Shown here: positions 26,101 to 40,046 of the stretch, in pieces
Numbering within the stretch: the first letter of the stretch is position 1
Layout of the letters: the number at the start of each line of letters is the position of its first letter
NCBI RefSeq assembly: GCF_964355755.1
Contig: NC_092676.1
Location: 28,972,871 to 29,036,870, forward strand
DNA from: Antedon mediterranea
Lineage: Eukaryota > Animalia > Echinodermata
DNA: 64,000 bases
Direction of reading: 5' to 3'
Translations under genes and position numbers: made by a program
Notes under the pieces: model-generated
Told to the model about the DNA's origin: nothing
Seen by the model: only the letters and a program-made list of their open reading frames with translations
The model's database searches: none

Positions 26101-29100
26101 GAAAACCTTAACGTAACTCACTATGATAAATAAATAATACTAGTAATACTAATAATAATAATACACATGCAGCCACTGTCAGCTAGATGTGTACATTGGA
26201 CTTACAGTTTACAGTGTTTATCTGAGAAGACTCGTTCTACCACCAGAACCATTGAGTGAGTGAGCCACAAACCCTTGCCGATGTTATGGCTAGGGATTAC
26301 GGTTTCACTGTGTTAATCGCTCGGTCATAACACACACTAATATAATTTATTTTGTGATTCAATAAACTTACATCTTGAATAATGTGCTTAATCTCTGGAA
26401 AGAGGTTGATAAACTTGATATACGTAGAGAGCAGGAGGCCTCTTGTAGGAGCACTACATAAATGAAACTTGGAATGAAGGAGCTCAAACTGCACTGAAGG
26501 ACTGAAAGATAAAAGCAAGAGTCAAATATGGTAGGGATATACCCAAACATGGTAGTGATATGCCCAAATATGGTAGTGATATGCCCAAACATGGTAGTGA
26601 TATGCCCAAACATGGTAGTGATATGCCCAAACATGGTAGTGATATGCCCAAAAATGGTAGTGATATGACATCTTCATGTCCATATATGGGCACATCACAT
26701 TTGTTTGATAGTGTAGACAGATCTTGAAATCATTCAGTGTTCTAGTCTAGGAGCACTATGAAATTAAAATTAGGATCTAACATACAAACAATATATCCTT
26801 TGCCATTATAATTCATTTTAGTTCATTGAAGTTACTAGTTTTTATTTATGCAACTTTTTAAAACTTTTATAAACTAACCTGGATCTGGGATCACCTGCAA
26901 TTAGGTTACCGAATTCACCAAGGATGTACCCTCCTACTTTTACCATGTTTTCGTGGCAAGCTGGTGCCTGAAGAGCCTAAAACAACAAAAAATCTTTATT
27001 ATTCAGAAACAGACTTTCAAAGAATCAGAAACTTAGGAAGTCCAAAAGAATGTTTGGTATTAATGGTAGCTATGCCTAAAACTAGCCATGAGTCTCTAGT
27101 TATTAATTAATTACAATCATTATTATTTTTTTAAACTTAAAACCTAGACTACTTAAAGCTTTTAATTACGTTAAATAATTTTTTTTAAAAGTACCTCAAA
27201 ACAAGTTTTAGCTGCGTAGCCCTGGACGTCGTCTCTGTTTATGACTATCTGAATGACTCGGTACCACACCTCCTCGCTGACATAGTCTCCTGCTATTCGA
27301 ATTAGATTAAGTATTGTGTCTACGTACCAAGTATAGTCTACAGCAAACTTTTCTGCTAAGATGGCCACTTTCAACACCTACAAAGAAAGAAGATAGTTCT
27401 TATAGTATTTGTTCAGAATTTATTCATGACCTATGACCTATGGAATCAAACAATGAAGAAAGATTGTGGCGGTGAATTGTGAACTATATCTCAGATACAT
27501 CCGCTTGATGATGATGCTGTCAGTATTTTTAAAAGTGTTTTTTGGTCTTTTTAATTTCAATTCAAAGTATACAGACCATTTCTTCCCGAATGGAATAGTC
27601 TGCACTCTCTAAGTAATTCAACATTTCTGCTACTATTTCCTCCGCATTTGTTTTGTCGCACATAGCATACAGTAAGTCAACGGCTCGTTGTCGTACACTC
27701 ACATCACGTTCAGTCTATTAGGCAAACGAGAAAAAGGGTTATATATTTTAGAAACCAGTGCCAGTCTAATTAAAACATTTTTTCCCCATATCACAGATTT
27801 ACAATGGATATTAAGAATACACTTTCTTGAAGGATCTATGGTTAAAAAGTTATAATTCTAAAGCTCTGTCCACACTATCAAACTTTATGTGTCAAAAATA
27901 TGTGCCCATATATGGACATGATGATGTCATATTACTAACATATTTGGCCATATCACTACCATATTTGGCCACATCACACTTTTTTTGTCAAACTTGTTTG
28001 ATAGTGTAGACAGAGCTTAAGAGACATTTAATTAACATAACAATTGAGAAACAATGGAATACCTTCAATGCAGTTACAACTGTTTCTTGATGTTTTTTAA
28101 CAGCCTCTCGTGAGAATTCGGATGACGCTAATAAACACATGCTCTCAAGTGCAAGGTACCTGTAAACAAAAATGTCACAAAATGTTTATTATTATGAAAA
28201 ATAAATCATTTTGCATATTTGCAATAAAGATGTGTTGTCCCCCAAAAACATGAAAAATGATGATTAATTATTATTATTTTGTAGTTTTAATAAAGTTAAT
28301 CACTTCCGCAGAAGAAAAATTCCATTAGCTGGCAGCCAATTTGACTATTTTTTTGCTTTAAATTACAGTTTTTTCAGGTAAATAATTTTTTCCTCAATCA
28401 AATTTTTCGTTAAGTGGATAACTATTTATGTGACATTAAAATGAAAAAAAAAATGTTAAGAATTATTTTTCAGGGGGACAATACATCTTTAAACTACATC
28501 TTATGCCATGTTAGGCATAGAATAAAACAATGAAGGTAGAACTACCTTAAGTTTGTCTCTCTATGTTGTAGGAACTGCCCAAGTTGATTACACGCCCTCA
28601 CTAACAAATTAGGTTCACTGAAAATGAAAAATGGATTGAGATATTTAGTAAATAAAGAGTAGCTACATTATGGTAGCTACCACATGCATTTTTAAATATT
28701 GTTTTTTTTTATTTCATACAGATTCAACAGTGAGTAACTTACCAATTACAGGATGGATAAACTATTTTATAATTTATCATGCTTATAAACTAAGTCTCGT
28801 TTGAGGCTTAAGGAAGTGGAGTTAAAAAAAACAAGATCTAGGAGAAAACAAAACTTACCTATCGTGGTGAATTATCAAACTAATAGCTTCAAAGAGAACA
28901 GCGTTCTTGGAGTTGGAATGTTGGACCTTCTTAGACTTGGGCGGTTCCTGAATAAATATACAACAAAAAGAAATCAAATACATAATTCGAAATAACAAAT
29001 GTTGAGAATTTTGATGTTGATAATGATGTCAATAACGATTATGATTATGATCAGGAACAATAACAAAAATGATCGATAAATATACGATACCTGTGCTTTG

Positions 29101-32100
29101 TTGAGAATAGTTTCCATACACTCGTTGAGACGACCTCTGACCGCTGGGTCATCCGGCGGACCAAAACATTGGAGTAGACGCAGAAGTTTGACAGACAGCC
29201 AAGGTGCTGGTACAAAATAATATGTGTAATCCTGGAAGTCTGTGTATGATGATGTAACAATCTAAAAATAGAACAAGGTTTGGAATTATTATTACAAAGT
29301 TCTAACCATACCATATTTGGGCAAACTAACTAGTGTAGACAGAGCTTTAAACAAACATTGACAATGGATCTTACTCTGCTGAGCCTTGATACGGCCAATG
29401 AGATACAGCCTTTGAAATCCTCTGGGTTAGCCTGCACTAAATCATGGATCAAACTCGTGGCTGCCGTAACAACACCCTAAAGAAAATAGAATAAAAAATT
29501 AGTATTTAGTACTTCAGCAGCAGTAATACCAACTATAAAGCCCCATTTCTGTCTACACTATCAAACTAGTTTGACAAAAAAAAGTGTGATATGCCCAAAT
29601 ATGGTACTGATATCCTTAAATATGGTAGTTCTATATCATCCATATTTAAGCACATCACATTTTTTTGTAACATAAAGTTTGATAGTGTAGATAGCAATAC
29701 CAACTATAAAGCCTCACAAAATGGTGTTCAATATTCAATAGAAAAGAAGGTCCCATTTCAAATGATACACAATCATCCAATCAAAAGACAGGCATAGTAG
29801 TACCATAACGATTTCTCCTCAACGTCAGAATCACTTTATTTGTAATGGATTGTTTCATCTCTTACCATGTGTTGATCGTTGAGAAGGTGAATGACCCTCG
29901 AAGCCCATTCTCCTACCGGCACAGATGATGGGGACGTACGGTACAACCGTAACAAACACAACGATGCACTTTGTTTAACTTCATCAATTGTATCACTGAA
30001 AAAGAACATTATATGTTTTTTAGACACATACATTGACCGCAAGACTGCTACTCTAAAGCTCTGTCTACACTAGCAAACCTTATGTGATGAAATCATGTGA
30101 TGTGCCCATATATGGAAATGATATTATTTGATTATATCACTACCATATTTGGGCACATCACACTTTTTTGTCAAACTAGTTTGATAGTGTAGACAGCGCT
30201 TTAGACATTGCTATTGAGGAGAAAAAAAATACAGGAATAACAATGGAAAACTTACGAAGAGACAAGCAACTTTGGCACCTCTTTGCCCAATTCCTCTGCC
30301 ATTTCTTTGCTGCCAATGTTTGCGATGCAGTGAAGAGCAAGGTTGATATGAGCTGGTGTACGACTGTTAAGATCATTCTTAATGTTCTGGATCACCAGTC
30401 GCATCAGGTCACTACTCTCACTCACAAGAACTGATATGAATAGGTATCCCTACAATGGACGCAAACATTAACATTAAAGACTAAGACTCAAGACATCTTT
30501 TGGTCCACTTTAAAATGGAAATTTGTTTGCTTACTGTAAGCTACAATTATATAAGTTATGTATGTTTTAAACTTGTCTTTGCCTTTAAACCTTGAAACTG
30601 AATCTTTTTGAAAAGCAGTACTACGTTACTGAAAATGCAATCCAGTCAAAAGAATAAATAAATATCATTTTAAGGTTTGTCTGGTAAATAAACACTAGTA
30701 AAGATAAGTTTTCCGTACACAATGTGTTTCCAAAATGAAGTGCGGTTGAGAATTTCTCAATGTTTTGGTTGTTATGCTACCCGCTTCTGGCAAATTAAGA
30801 TGAGTCTGCAACACATACACAGTTGCGACTCTTTGCTATGTGCGTCTATTGCTTTGTCTACACTATCAAACTACTTTTTTTGTCAAATAAAGTTTGATAG
30901 TGTAGACAGAGCTTTACCCCTAAAGTAAAAATTATGTACATATATGCAATTAATGAAATAAGTAGTCTGGACGATCTCACAAAAAAACTGCCAATCACAA
31001 CTTACGATTTGTTTTTCTGTGTATTTATTGGAGCTTAGCAGATTAACAGCTTCCATGTGTCCAAAGTCAATGTCATGACCAAGAAGAAAGATGAAAAGTA
31101 GTTTGCAGACATATTTCTTTTTTTGATATCCATCTAGCGTCTTATCCCCTAGAAAAAAATGTATATAAAAAATAAAACCAAAATATCAATATCGTTTTAG
31201 TAATTACAGTATCACCACTCAATTAAAATAATTCTGTAGAGATTTGATTAATTAAAAAGCATTTAAATAATTAAAAGATAAATATTTTAAATAACGATTC
31301 TTGGAACTAATGAAGCAAAACTGATTGTTTTGAAGCATGACTGAAATCACTGAAGCGTGGATAAAACCACTGAAGCATAAATAAAATCACTGAAGCAAGA
31401 CAAAACCGGAAAATTGAAAACCGAAATTGCTTTATTGGAAATAGAATATGATAATGTGAAATAAGATTCACTCCATAAACACATTAAAGTATTATAAGAC
31501 ATTCTACGCCAAAATGAGAATTTATCGCCCCCTCAAAATTTATGATAGCATCTTAAGAAGTAAGAGTTTGAAATTCTCAAGATATTAATTTCATTCGTAT
31601 TGTCTTACATTTCATTAAGTGCTGGTCTGACTCTGAGTGAATTTTAATAAGATGAAATCTGGAGTCAGCAATCTGGACAAGCAATTATGATTTGACTAAT
31701 ATTTATTAAAAATGTTAAATCAAAATTTAAAACCAGCCTAATTAAAAACTGTACAGTACCATAATAAAATGTAAATAATGATCATATGATTATTAATGTA
31801 TATTATTAATTATGCAATTATTATTTTTTTTTTTTTTTTTTTTCTGTCTCAAAATTTCATTTTTTTGTTATGTAATGCGTCCGTCTATGTTTTATGTTTA
31901 TGCATGAGACCACAAAGACAAGCCACTTTGGCTTCTGTGTATCTAACCGATAAAACTGTTAAATGTTGAATAAATGTTGTTAAATATAAAAAAAAAATAT
32001 AATTCTTAAAAATGTTAAATCAAAATTTAAAACCAGCCTAAATAAAAACCGTATACAGTACCATAATTAAACAAGATTAATGTAATGATGATCATAATGT

Positions 32101-35100
32101 GATTATTAATGTAATGATCATAATGTGATTATTAATGTAATGATCATAATTTGATTATCAATGTATATTATTATATTAATATAATAAATTACAAACCTAT
32201 GATATTAAAAAAAAAAATCAATAAATTGCCACTTTACTACAAAAATCTAAATTATAAAATAATTTAGCAGAGCAAGGTGAGTGCACAATAGAAACGCTGT
32301 CAAAAGCTGATACAGTCTGTTTAATAATATTCACAAATTGTTAACAATAAAAATGAATGTTTATGTTGATGATTCATTAATGGCTTAATCTAACAATTCT
32401 ACTGTGGTGACTAGACAATGACTTAGATTTAAAAATATTTTATTGGCTTTAGAATTTACAAAGAAAATTGCTTGTTTCATTAATCACTAAAAAAGGGCTA
32501 CCGACTCGGACACCATTATTCTTTTATATACAACAAAATATTACTAACAATGGCTACAACATAAAAATCTTACTAAACAAAAAAAATGGAAACAAATCAT
32601 GGAAAACATGGAAAGCGAGTGAAGGTGGATGGGGGAGGGTAGACGTAGAAATATAATGTCTATTTAGCTGGTTGGTTGGTTGTAATTAAGGGCTGTACTT
32701 CACTCAATGACATAAATAGTTCATACACAAACTCTAAGTGTTACCGCCACCAAAGGCTTTTAAATATATTGTATTGTACAGCAATAAACACTAAAGTAAA
32801 AAAGTACGACGGACAATGACATTTAATTCATTTAACACTTAGAATTATTAATATTCTATGACAGTAATAATAATAGCTGGGCTGTTGATGAATAACTATG
32901 TGCCGTACGTCACACTCGGATAATTATGCTTATCAAAAAATAGATTATGTTTTACAAACCGTTTTTGATATGGCTTTATACGTCAGTAAATTCAAAATGT
33001 CACATATACTGATGTTCAGGAATTTCAATAAATAATATGAACAAATTGCTAATTACTATGCATACTAAAATTAAAGATTTTGGTCATAAAAACAAAATTT
33101 GATTTGAACATTTATACTGATGATGCTTTACTGATAACATAAATGCTTGGTTCATATTCAGGAATATCTATCTATTACTATAATCGATGAAAATGTTAAT
33201 ACAATCAGGAATACATTTTGCAAAAAGAGCCATATAGTACCATTAACAATAACAGTACCATCTGTGATTTAGCTACAAAATGTCAGATATTTCAATAAAT
33301 TCATACAAATTTAAACATTCAGCCTCAGCGGGTTTAATGTACAGTAGCATGAACTTGGTATTTTTTATACATGTCATTATTTGGGGATCAACTTATTTTG
33401 ACAAGTTACAGTAGAAAATCAGATTTATAGTTGGGGTAGGCTGGGATTAAATTAATCCACAAACAGGCAACATTTTACAACTTTAGAAATAAGATGTCCA
33501 CGTGTAATTTTAATTATTGCCAACGTAAAGGTCAAAGTTAGCGCATCTTGTAAAGAAATCAATATATTTGTACTTGTCAAATCCCATGATTGCATGATAT
33601 TTGAATATCAACTATTTACAATAAAACATACTACAGTATGTGGCATTATTGTAATCGTATCAAAACAAATAAAATATGGTTAAATTGTTCTCCTTTCATC
33701 AGAAAATTTGGGATGATGGTCATAATTTGATTTTGATAGAGCCATAATTTTAATTAGTAATTTTTGACAGGCTTGTTAAAAAAATCAGCTTTGTGAATAC
33801 TAATGCAACATAGGTTTTGCACAGCACAACATTGTCATGTTGTCTATTACATTATCATGTTACATTGTCTTGATTAGACTGCTACTGTATGATGACCATT
33901 GGGACTGCTAGGCTGTGTCAACCAGATCTACAGTACTACTGTGCAGCAACCTATATCAAAATCAACTACTCAATTAAACCCAATGTACTGTATCAAACAG
34001 TAGCTGACCTTAGAACTAAGTATCACAGTGATCATATATAACAAGTAAAGGAAGTTGTTAACAGTAAAAATGGACTGGGAGGAAGTAGGCGGCATTGTGC
34101 CTAACACTTAAGAAGAACGTCGTTCATTTGTATAGACAACTATAACATATTCTCAAATACTACGGAAATAAATTCAGCTATACTTAAAAAATTAATTTTA
34201 AATTATGTTATCCACCTGTCCAAAGGAAATTTTGTAGATTTCTTCTTACTATCTCTCTTCTCTATTTACCATACTGTATTGTACATTGGCTCCATAAAGC
34301 TCTGTCTACACTATCAAACTACTGTAGTTTGAAAAAAAAAGTGTGATGTGCCAAAATATAGTAGTGATATGACATTATCATGTCAATATAAGGGCACATC
34401 ACATTCACATAAAGTTTTATAGTGTAGATAGAGCTTAAGCACAATCAATGAGCTCTGGATGACATCATCATGTCAATATAAGGGCACATCACATTCACAT
34501 AAAGTGTTATAGTGTAGATAGAGCTTAAGTACAATCAATGAGCTCTGGATGACATCATCATGTCAATATAAGGGCACATCACATTCACATAAAGTGTTAT
34601 AGTGTAGATAGAGCTTAAGTACAATCAATGAGCTCTGGATGACATCATCATGTCAATATAAGGGCACATCACATTCACATCAAGTGTTATAGTGTAGATA
34701 GAGCTTAAGTACAATCAATGAGCTCTGGATGACATCATCATGTCAATATAAGGGCACATCACATTCACATCAAGTGTTATAGTGTAGATAGAGCTTAAGT
34801 ACAATCAATGAGCTCTGGATGACATCATCATGTCAATATAAGGGCACATCACATTCACATCAAGTGTTATAGTGTAGATAGAGCTTAAGTACAATCAATG
34901 AGCTCTGGATGACATCATCATGTCAATATAAGGGCACATCACATTCACATAAAGTGTTATAGTGTAGATAGAGCTTAAGTACAATCAATGAGCTCTGGAT
35001 GACATCATCATGTCAATATAAGGGCACATCACATTCACATCAAGTGTTATAGTGTAGATAGAGCTTAAGTACAATCAATGAGCTCTGATTGTACAGTAGG

Positions 35101-37171
35101 TTGATTTTTACGTACACATAGAAATCTTTCTTCTCTCTCATCTCAGTTTATCTTAGATAATCACACACTGTACAGTATCACTATCACTATGAATGTATGA
35201 GCTCTGGATAGGAACATAAATTACAATAGTACATACTGTACTGTACACATAGACAGCTGGGACATTACAGTAATAGGATCATTTGATTTGCGGTAACTAT
35301 GGACCTAGGCAGGATGGGATGTGCTACCTCATTTAATTTCTCTCAGTTTTGGAAACTTGTATTGTACTGAGGTATGCATACTAAAGGACTTGCAGTAGAT
35401 CCTCTGTCATCACATATTAAAATCTGCCAGCATGCAGTTGAAAAAAAATCAATCCAACACTACTTAAAGTATATGAAATGAAAACAAGTTTAATAATATG
35501 CCATGAATATCGCGCAAGATGAGTTGCATATCAATTGTCTTTTTCACTAATAGGTTAATTTGATCATTTAAAATGTTGGTGTTACAAAGGATTAAACTAA
35601 TGATAAAATAAAGGTTTTAACTACACTCAGTAATATAAACATCTAATTGTTCATTCAAAGACCTTTTAATCTGTCTTTGATAAAAATTAGTAGTTGTGCT
35701 GGTCTGTAGATACCATGTCAGTTCTACTGTAAGTTCAAATCCTGATTTGGATGCAAAGATTTCCTCACAACATTTCAAAGGACTTTGAACATACAGTACT
35801 ACTATAACATCACTGTACATTTTCATCATGATTGCAAACTGACAAAAATAATTAATAATTCAACATTCTCAATCTGAAAGGTAATTTACCGTCACGTGGT
35901 AATTCACATTACATTACGGAGCAAGTACATTTAAATTACGAACGAACATTTAGACTAAAAGACTATGTGTATTTATCTAGCCAGCTAACATTTGGCTGAG
36001 ACCGGTTTACAAGACCTGCTTACTAATCCAAGATAAGTGGCAAAGCTCAAGCAAGGTCAGAGGTCATCTGCTGCTGGATTCATTTTCTCAATGCCATTGG
36101 GGAATTGATTTTGAAATGAAATTTACCATCAAAAAAAGCTATAAAGTTGTCATAAAAATAACATAAAATACATTAAACTACCTCATAAATGTATCTTGCA
36201 AATTAAATCAAAAGCGAACTTATTTTGAAATGACATTGACTTTCAGAATACGGCTACATTGAAAATCAGCATTTATATTTTAAATGTGCTTATTTCTATT
36301 TATAGTAAAAGGAAAATTAAACACACTCGCATTTCAGAATAAAAAAAATGGGTAATAAATTAATGTCAATGTTTTATTTTATTTGATTTTTAAGGTAGAA
36401 ATTGTCATCAAAACAGTGAATTAACTTTTTTTAAACCACATTTAAACATTGATACTAAATATTTTAAATATTCAATATGTAATTGTAATTAAAAAAAAGC
36501 ATTTTAAATAATCATAGCAACAATTACCACCTTTTGTAGACAGATTTTCTATTGATATTAATTATGTATGCTATCACAATGTATACTGACCTTTAAACTT
36601 TGACCTGATATTTGCTAATTCTTTGTTTATCCTTTTGATCTCTGCTTCCTTACTTTTGCCTACAAAATGAAAACAAAATATAAGATTGGATTTTTTTTTG
36701 TATTTGATACATTATATGAAACAAAGGATATAGTATTAAAACAGAGTACAGATAAATTATTTAAATCCATCACCACCTTTACCTCTAGATTCTCGACCTG
36801 TATGTACAGTAGTTGCACTGACACACCCATTAATATGCTACTACCTTAATCTAATGTTGTGTTGATTACGCTTCTTGAATCCTAAAACCCTTGAGTCAGT
36901 GGTTTGTTAAGCTCTGTCTACACTATCAAACTAGTTTGATAAAAAGTATGATGTTCCCCATATACAGCAGTAGTGATATACCCAAATATGGTAGTGATAT
37001 GACATCATCATGTCCATATTTGGGCACAAAGGACAAGAATGCTATGGTTTGCCTGTACCTTTACAAACTTTAGCATTGGCCTCTCAAGAGATCCATTATT
37101 AACTTACAATTTCTAATGTCCGATATAAAGACAGCCAAACCCCTCATTCCATCTCCCTTCACGGCAGGCAT
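20159..37171 (-). CDS. AP2A: AP-2 complex subunit alpha (alpha-adaptin), complete, 22 coding exons, 955 aa
   Basis: Starts [45 protein letters not shown] and ends [25 protein letters not shown]. Exons 37108-37171, 36591-36659, 31006-31148, 30256-30449, 29866-29995, 29375-29476, 29091-29261, 28859-28947, 28546-28617, 28063-28159, 27577-27714, 27195-27377, 26879-26976, 26372-26501, 25945-26046, 24464-24643, 24011-24219, 23465-23761, 23001-23117, 22687-22756, 22210-22344, 20159-20236. They sum to 2868 nt in frame. Confidence 0.97.
20301..21891. repeat. 36-bp minisatellite, about 43 copies, in the last AP2A intron
   Basis: Unit taactggatgtattgttttagggaagactaagtgtt. The last four units carry an extra cagaattgtt. 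Confidence 0.97.
23194..23333. mobile_element. MITE family with AGCTCTGTCTACACTATCAAACT terminal inverted repeats (PIF/Harbinger/Tourist-like), representative copy
   Basis: taa-agctctgtctacactatcaaac...tttgatagtgtgaacagagct-taa, with TAA/TTA flanks. Other full or partial copies near 23360-23450, 26530-26724, 27859-28020, 29310-29349, 29548-29692, 30053-30202, 30854-30915, 34295-34438, 36908-37027, 49461-49709, 51561-51704, 57975-58071 and 59712-59843. Internal 21-bp atcactaccatatttgggcat repeats vary in number. Confidence 0.88.
24893..25884. repeat. 66-bp minisatellite, 15 copies, in an AP2A intron
   Basis: Unit ttgtctgccctcctcctgtatgtcattcttataggggaggccaatgtgtttttatgctataatttg. It generates the spurious 409-aa plus-strand ORF. 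Confidence 0.97.
26165..26328 (-). mobile_element. Partial tRNA-derived SINE (same family as 53095-53390)
   Basis: Shares agctagatgtgtaca, gagaagact(c/t)gttctaccaccagaaccat and aacccttgccgatgttatggcta with the 53.2-kb copy. Confidence 0.8.
28225..28491. mobile_element. MITE with TAAAGATGTRTTGTCCCCC terminal inverted repeats
   Basis: taaagatgtgttgtccccc...gggggacaatacatcttta. A related partial copy lies near 11963-12060 in Amt copy B intron 1. Confidence 0.75.
34371..35087. repeat. 90-bp tandem array, 8 copies, built from a MITE end plus flank
   Basis: gacatcatca recurs every 90 bp (34371, 34461 ... 35001). Each unit contains the MITE right terminus atagtgtagatagagcttaa. Confidence 0.93.
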
Positions 37172-38130
37172 GGTTTATGATTGATGAAACCTAGCAATCA
37201 GAATGACAAAAAGAAACATACTTATAAGTGTGTAGCCTTATAAATATTACACAGATACCTAATGAGGTGTAATTAGTATGTCTGTGCAGGTAAAAAGCAA
37301 CATTACTGTAGCAATTGTGTCAAAGTTCACAGCAAATTCTAGGAAACACCCAGGAAGTTCATAAAGAAAAGATGTTATGGCCTGGACAGATTTGAGAACA
37401 CACATTTTTTTTAATGCAAAAATACAGTAATGTTTAATTAAGATAAAGTAATTATTAGCAATATCATGCATTAACAATGCTGAAAACGTGATTTTTATAA
37501 AAAGTTTTGCTATTTTTTAAAAAGTGTACTCTACTTAGTTGGCTGTCCATCAGAGTTATAAAGGTCAATAGTTTAATCCCAGGCAACTGAATACTTGCTT
37601 GTTTTAATTCGGTGTAAAATGTAAAATACAGTAGTAAGTGAATAATATAAAACAATAACACTGTACGGTAGTACATAGCCAAACCTTAATGTACAGTATT
37701 GTATACGAAAGTCTATTGCAATATACAGTTAATAAAATAAGTGTGACATCGATTGACAGTCCACATAAACTGTAAAATGTGAAACGTTCGTCTTAATATA
37801 ATAATCTACTTTAATACTAAAATCACGTTTTAAACTCCAATTACAACAAAACTCATTAAAATAATCGGGTCTTAAGCCAAGGTAATTATTTAAATGTTAT
37901 TCAGAATGGATTAAAATTACATTTTGACAATCATGCTTTTACCAGTTAATGTTTAGTTATGGTTGGAACGAATTTACTGTATAGTGTCTAAAAGTTATCT
38001 TCAAATCTTTTTATAGTTTTGTACTCTGAAAAGGCAATCAAAGGTTCCAAGTACAACAGGTACTTATCTGATCAGTCTTAACCTTGCATCGCTATATTAC
38101 ATTAATTGGCAGCTAATGGCTGATGGGATA

Positions 38131-38552
38131 ATGGTGTGCTGCAGGGTAAGGAAAATTACCAGGGAAACCCATTGGTAGGACAATGGTGTGCTGCAGGGTA
38201 AGGAAAATTCCCAGGGAAACCCATTGGTAGGACAATGGTGTGCTGCAGGGTAAGGAAAATTACCAGGGAAACCCATTGGTAGGACAATGGTGTGCTGCAG
38301 GGTAAGGAAAATTCCCAGGGAAACCCATTGGTAGGACAATGGTGTGCTGCAGGGTAAGGAAAATTCCCAGGGAAACCCATTGGTAGGACAATGGTGTGCT
38401 GCAGGGTAAGGAAAATTCCCAGGGAAACCCATTGGTAGGACAATGGTGTGCTGCAGGGTAAGGAAAATTACCAGGGAAACCCATTGGTAGGACAATGGTG
38501 TGCTGCAGGGTAAGGAAAATTACCAGGGAAACCCATTGGTAGGACAATGGTG
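38131..38552. repeat. 52-bp minisatellite, 8 copies
   Basis: Unit atggtgtgctgcagggtaaggaaaatt(a/c)ccagggaaacccattggtaggaca. Confidence 0.95.
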
Positions 38553-39579
38553 TGGTGTAAGAGAAATCCTGGGAAAAACTTTGATAGAACAATACTATGC
38601 TGTATTGTAGGGGTAAGGAATAGTTCTAGGGAAAACCCTTGGTGCATTCCAACAAAACTGGTCCTACCCAAGTATTACATTAATTCTACAACAGTAAATA
38701 ACTTATAATTTACTTGATACAGTACTTATAATTACAGAAAAGAACATCCCATATCCAATAAACAATACAGGTTGAAAAATACTAATATGTTAATTTAAGT
38801 TTAAAATTGCAAATTAAATTGAATGATTCAACTGTAATGGCTTATTCTAATTTCAAAATTTGTAAAAAGTATGACTCATGTATTTTAACATACTGTAAGA
38901 GATTGACCTGAATTTTGTATGTGATATGATGTATGTAATATACTGTATGTTTGGGATGAGATTTGTTTACTTATTTTATTACTGTAGGTCACTTTGATGC
39001 TTCATAAAGATGTAAACAAAGATAACATAATGACGACAAATTTTGAAAAATGACTAGGAATACAGTAGACTGAGTAATGGAGTAGATTTACTGTATTAGA
39101 ACAATTTTTATCGAAATAAATTGTAGTACCGGAAAAAATATAAAGACATACAGTATGGGAGTGTATAATAATAATAATTGTAACATAATACTTTTTTACT
39201 ACTACTGTAGGTTGGTGTCCAGCCTCACACACAGACTCCAAGTAGACGGCAGGCCTAGCAAGTTTAATTAATAATTTATTTGTGCATTTAAATAAAGTGT
39301 TGGTTTTGTGCATGCATATTGTAACCTATAGGCCTAGGCCTACTTTTGTTATTAAGGTGAAGCAAATTTGTCTACGTGAAAAAATTACCTCAAACCTAAA
39401 AACTGGGTTCTGTAGACTGTATGCGTGTTCTTAAAAAAAACATTCCAAAAAAAAAAGGGTCCTGATAATAAAATAATGAAAATTATTCGCATTAAAAAGA
39501 TTCAAAGTAACATGCTATTTCTATACAACAATACAAGTTATTTAAGAAGAGTAGGCCTATACGTGTTGTGAAATACACT

Positions 39580-40045
39580 AGGCCTACCAAATGAGGCGGA
39601 GAAGGTTCAAACCAATGTCTTCCAAGGCAAGGCTAGTCCTGTAGCTAGGCCTAGAGTTCAATCGATACGTGATGATCGCCGGACAATCTACAGCCGCCTC
39701 TCCTCCCTCGACACAACCCGATGCTGCTGCAGCAGTAGTACTAGGCCTGGGCCTAGTAGTAAGTCGAGTAGTTCCGGTGTTTTTTGTGTATTGACTAACG
39801 ACTAACCATTTCAATCTGAGCTTTAAAATATACATTAGCAACAACACATATCACAAATGTAGCTAATTTACTTACAAAATGATAAAATATGTCCTCTGAA
39901 TGCAGTACTTTTCGTAAAATCACCTTGTCAGGCACCGAATCCCTACACAATTTTTACTATCGCGCTACCGCCCAATTATGGCCGCCATGTGTAAGGTCAA
40001 ATCGAGGCTCTCCACGTGTCATGTGATTTAACGGAACCGGCGTAG
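39580..40045 (-). promoter_or_regulatory. Probable AP2A promoter and non-coding first exon(s)
   Basis: Local CpG/GC enrichment. YY1-like ACATGGCGGCC (about 39980-39990), ETS-like CCGGAA and a CACGTG E-box. Donor-like sites near 39586 (G|GTAGGC) and 39876 (|GTAAGT). The ATG exon has an acceptor at 37191-37192, which implies an upstream UTR exon. Confidence 0.55.
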
Positions 40046-40046
40046 T

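Noticed and set aside
31149-36590. Nested gene in the 5.4-kb AP2A intron 2
   Set aside because: Only short ORFs without motifs and no consistent exon chain on either strand.
38097-38671. Overlapping repetitive ORFs (MGFPGNFPYPAAHHCPTNG...)
   Set aside because: Frame-cycling translation of a 52-bp tandem repeat.
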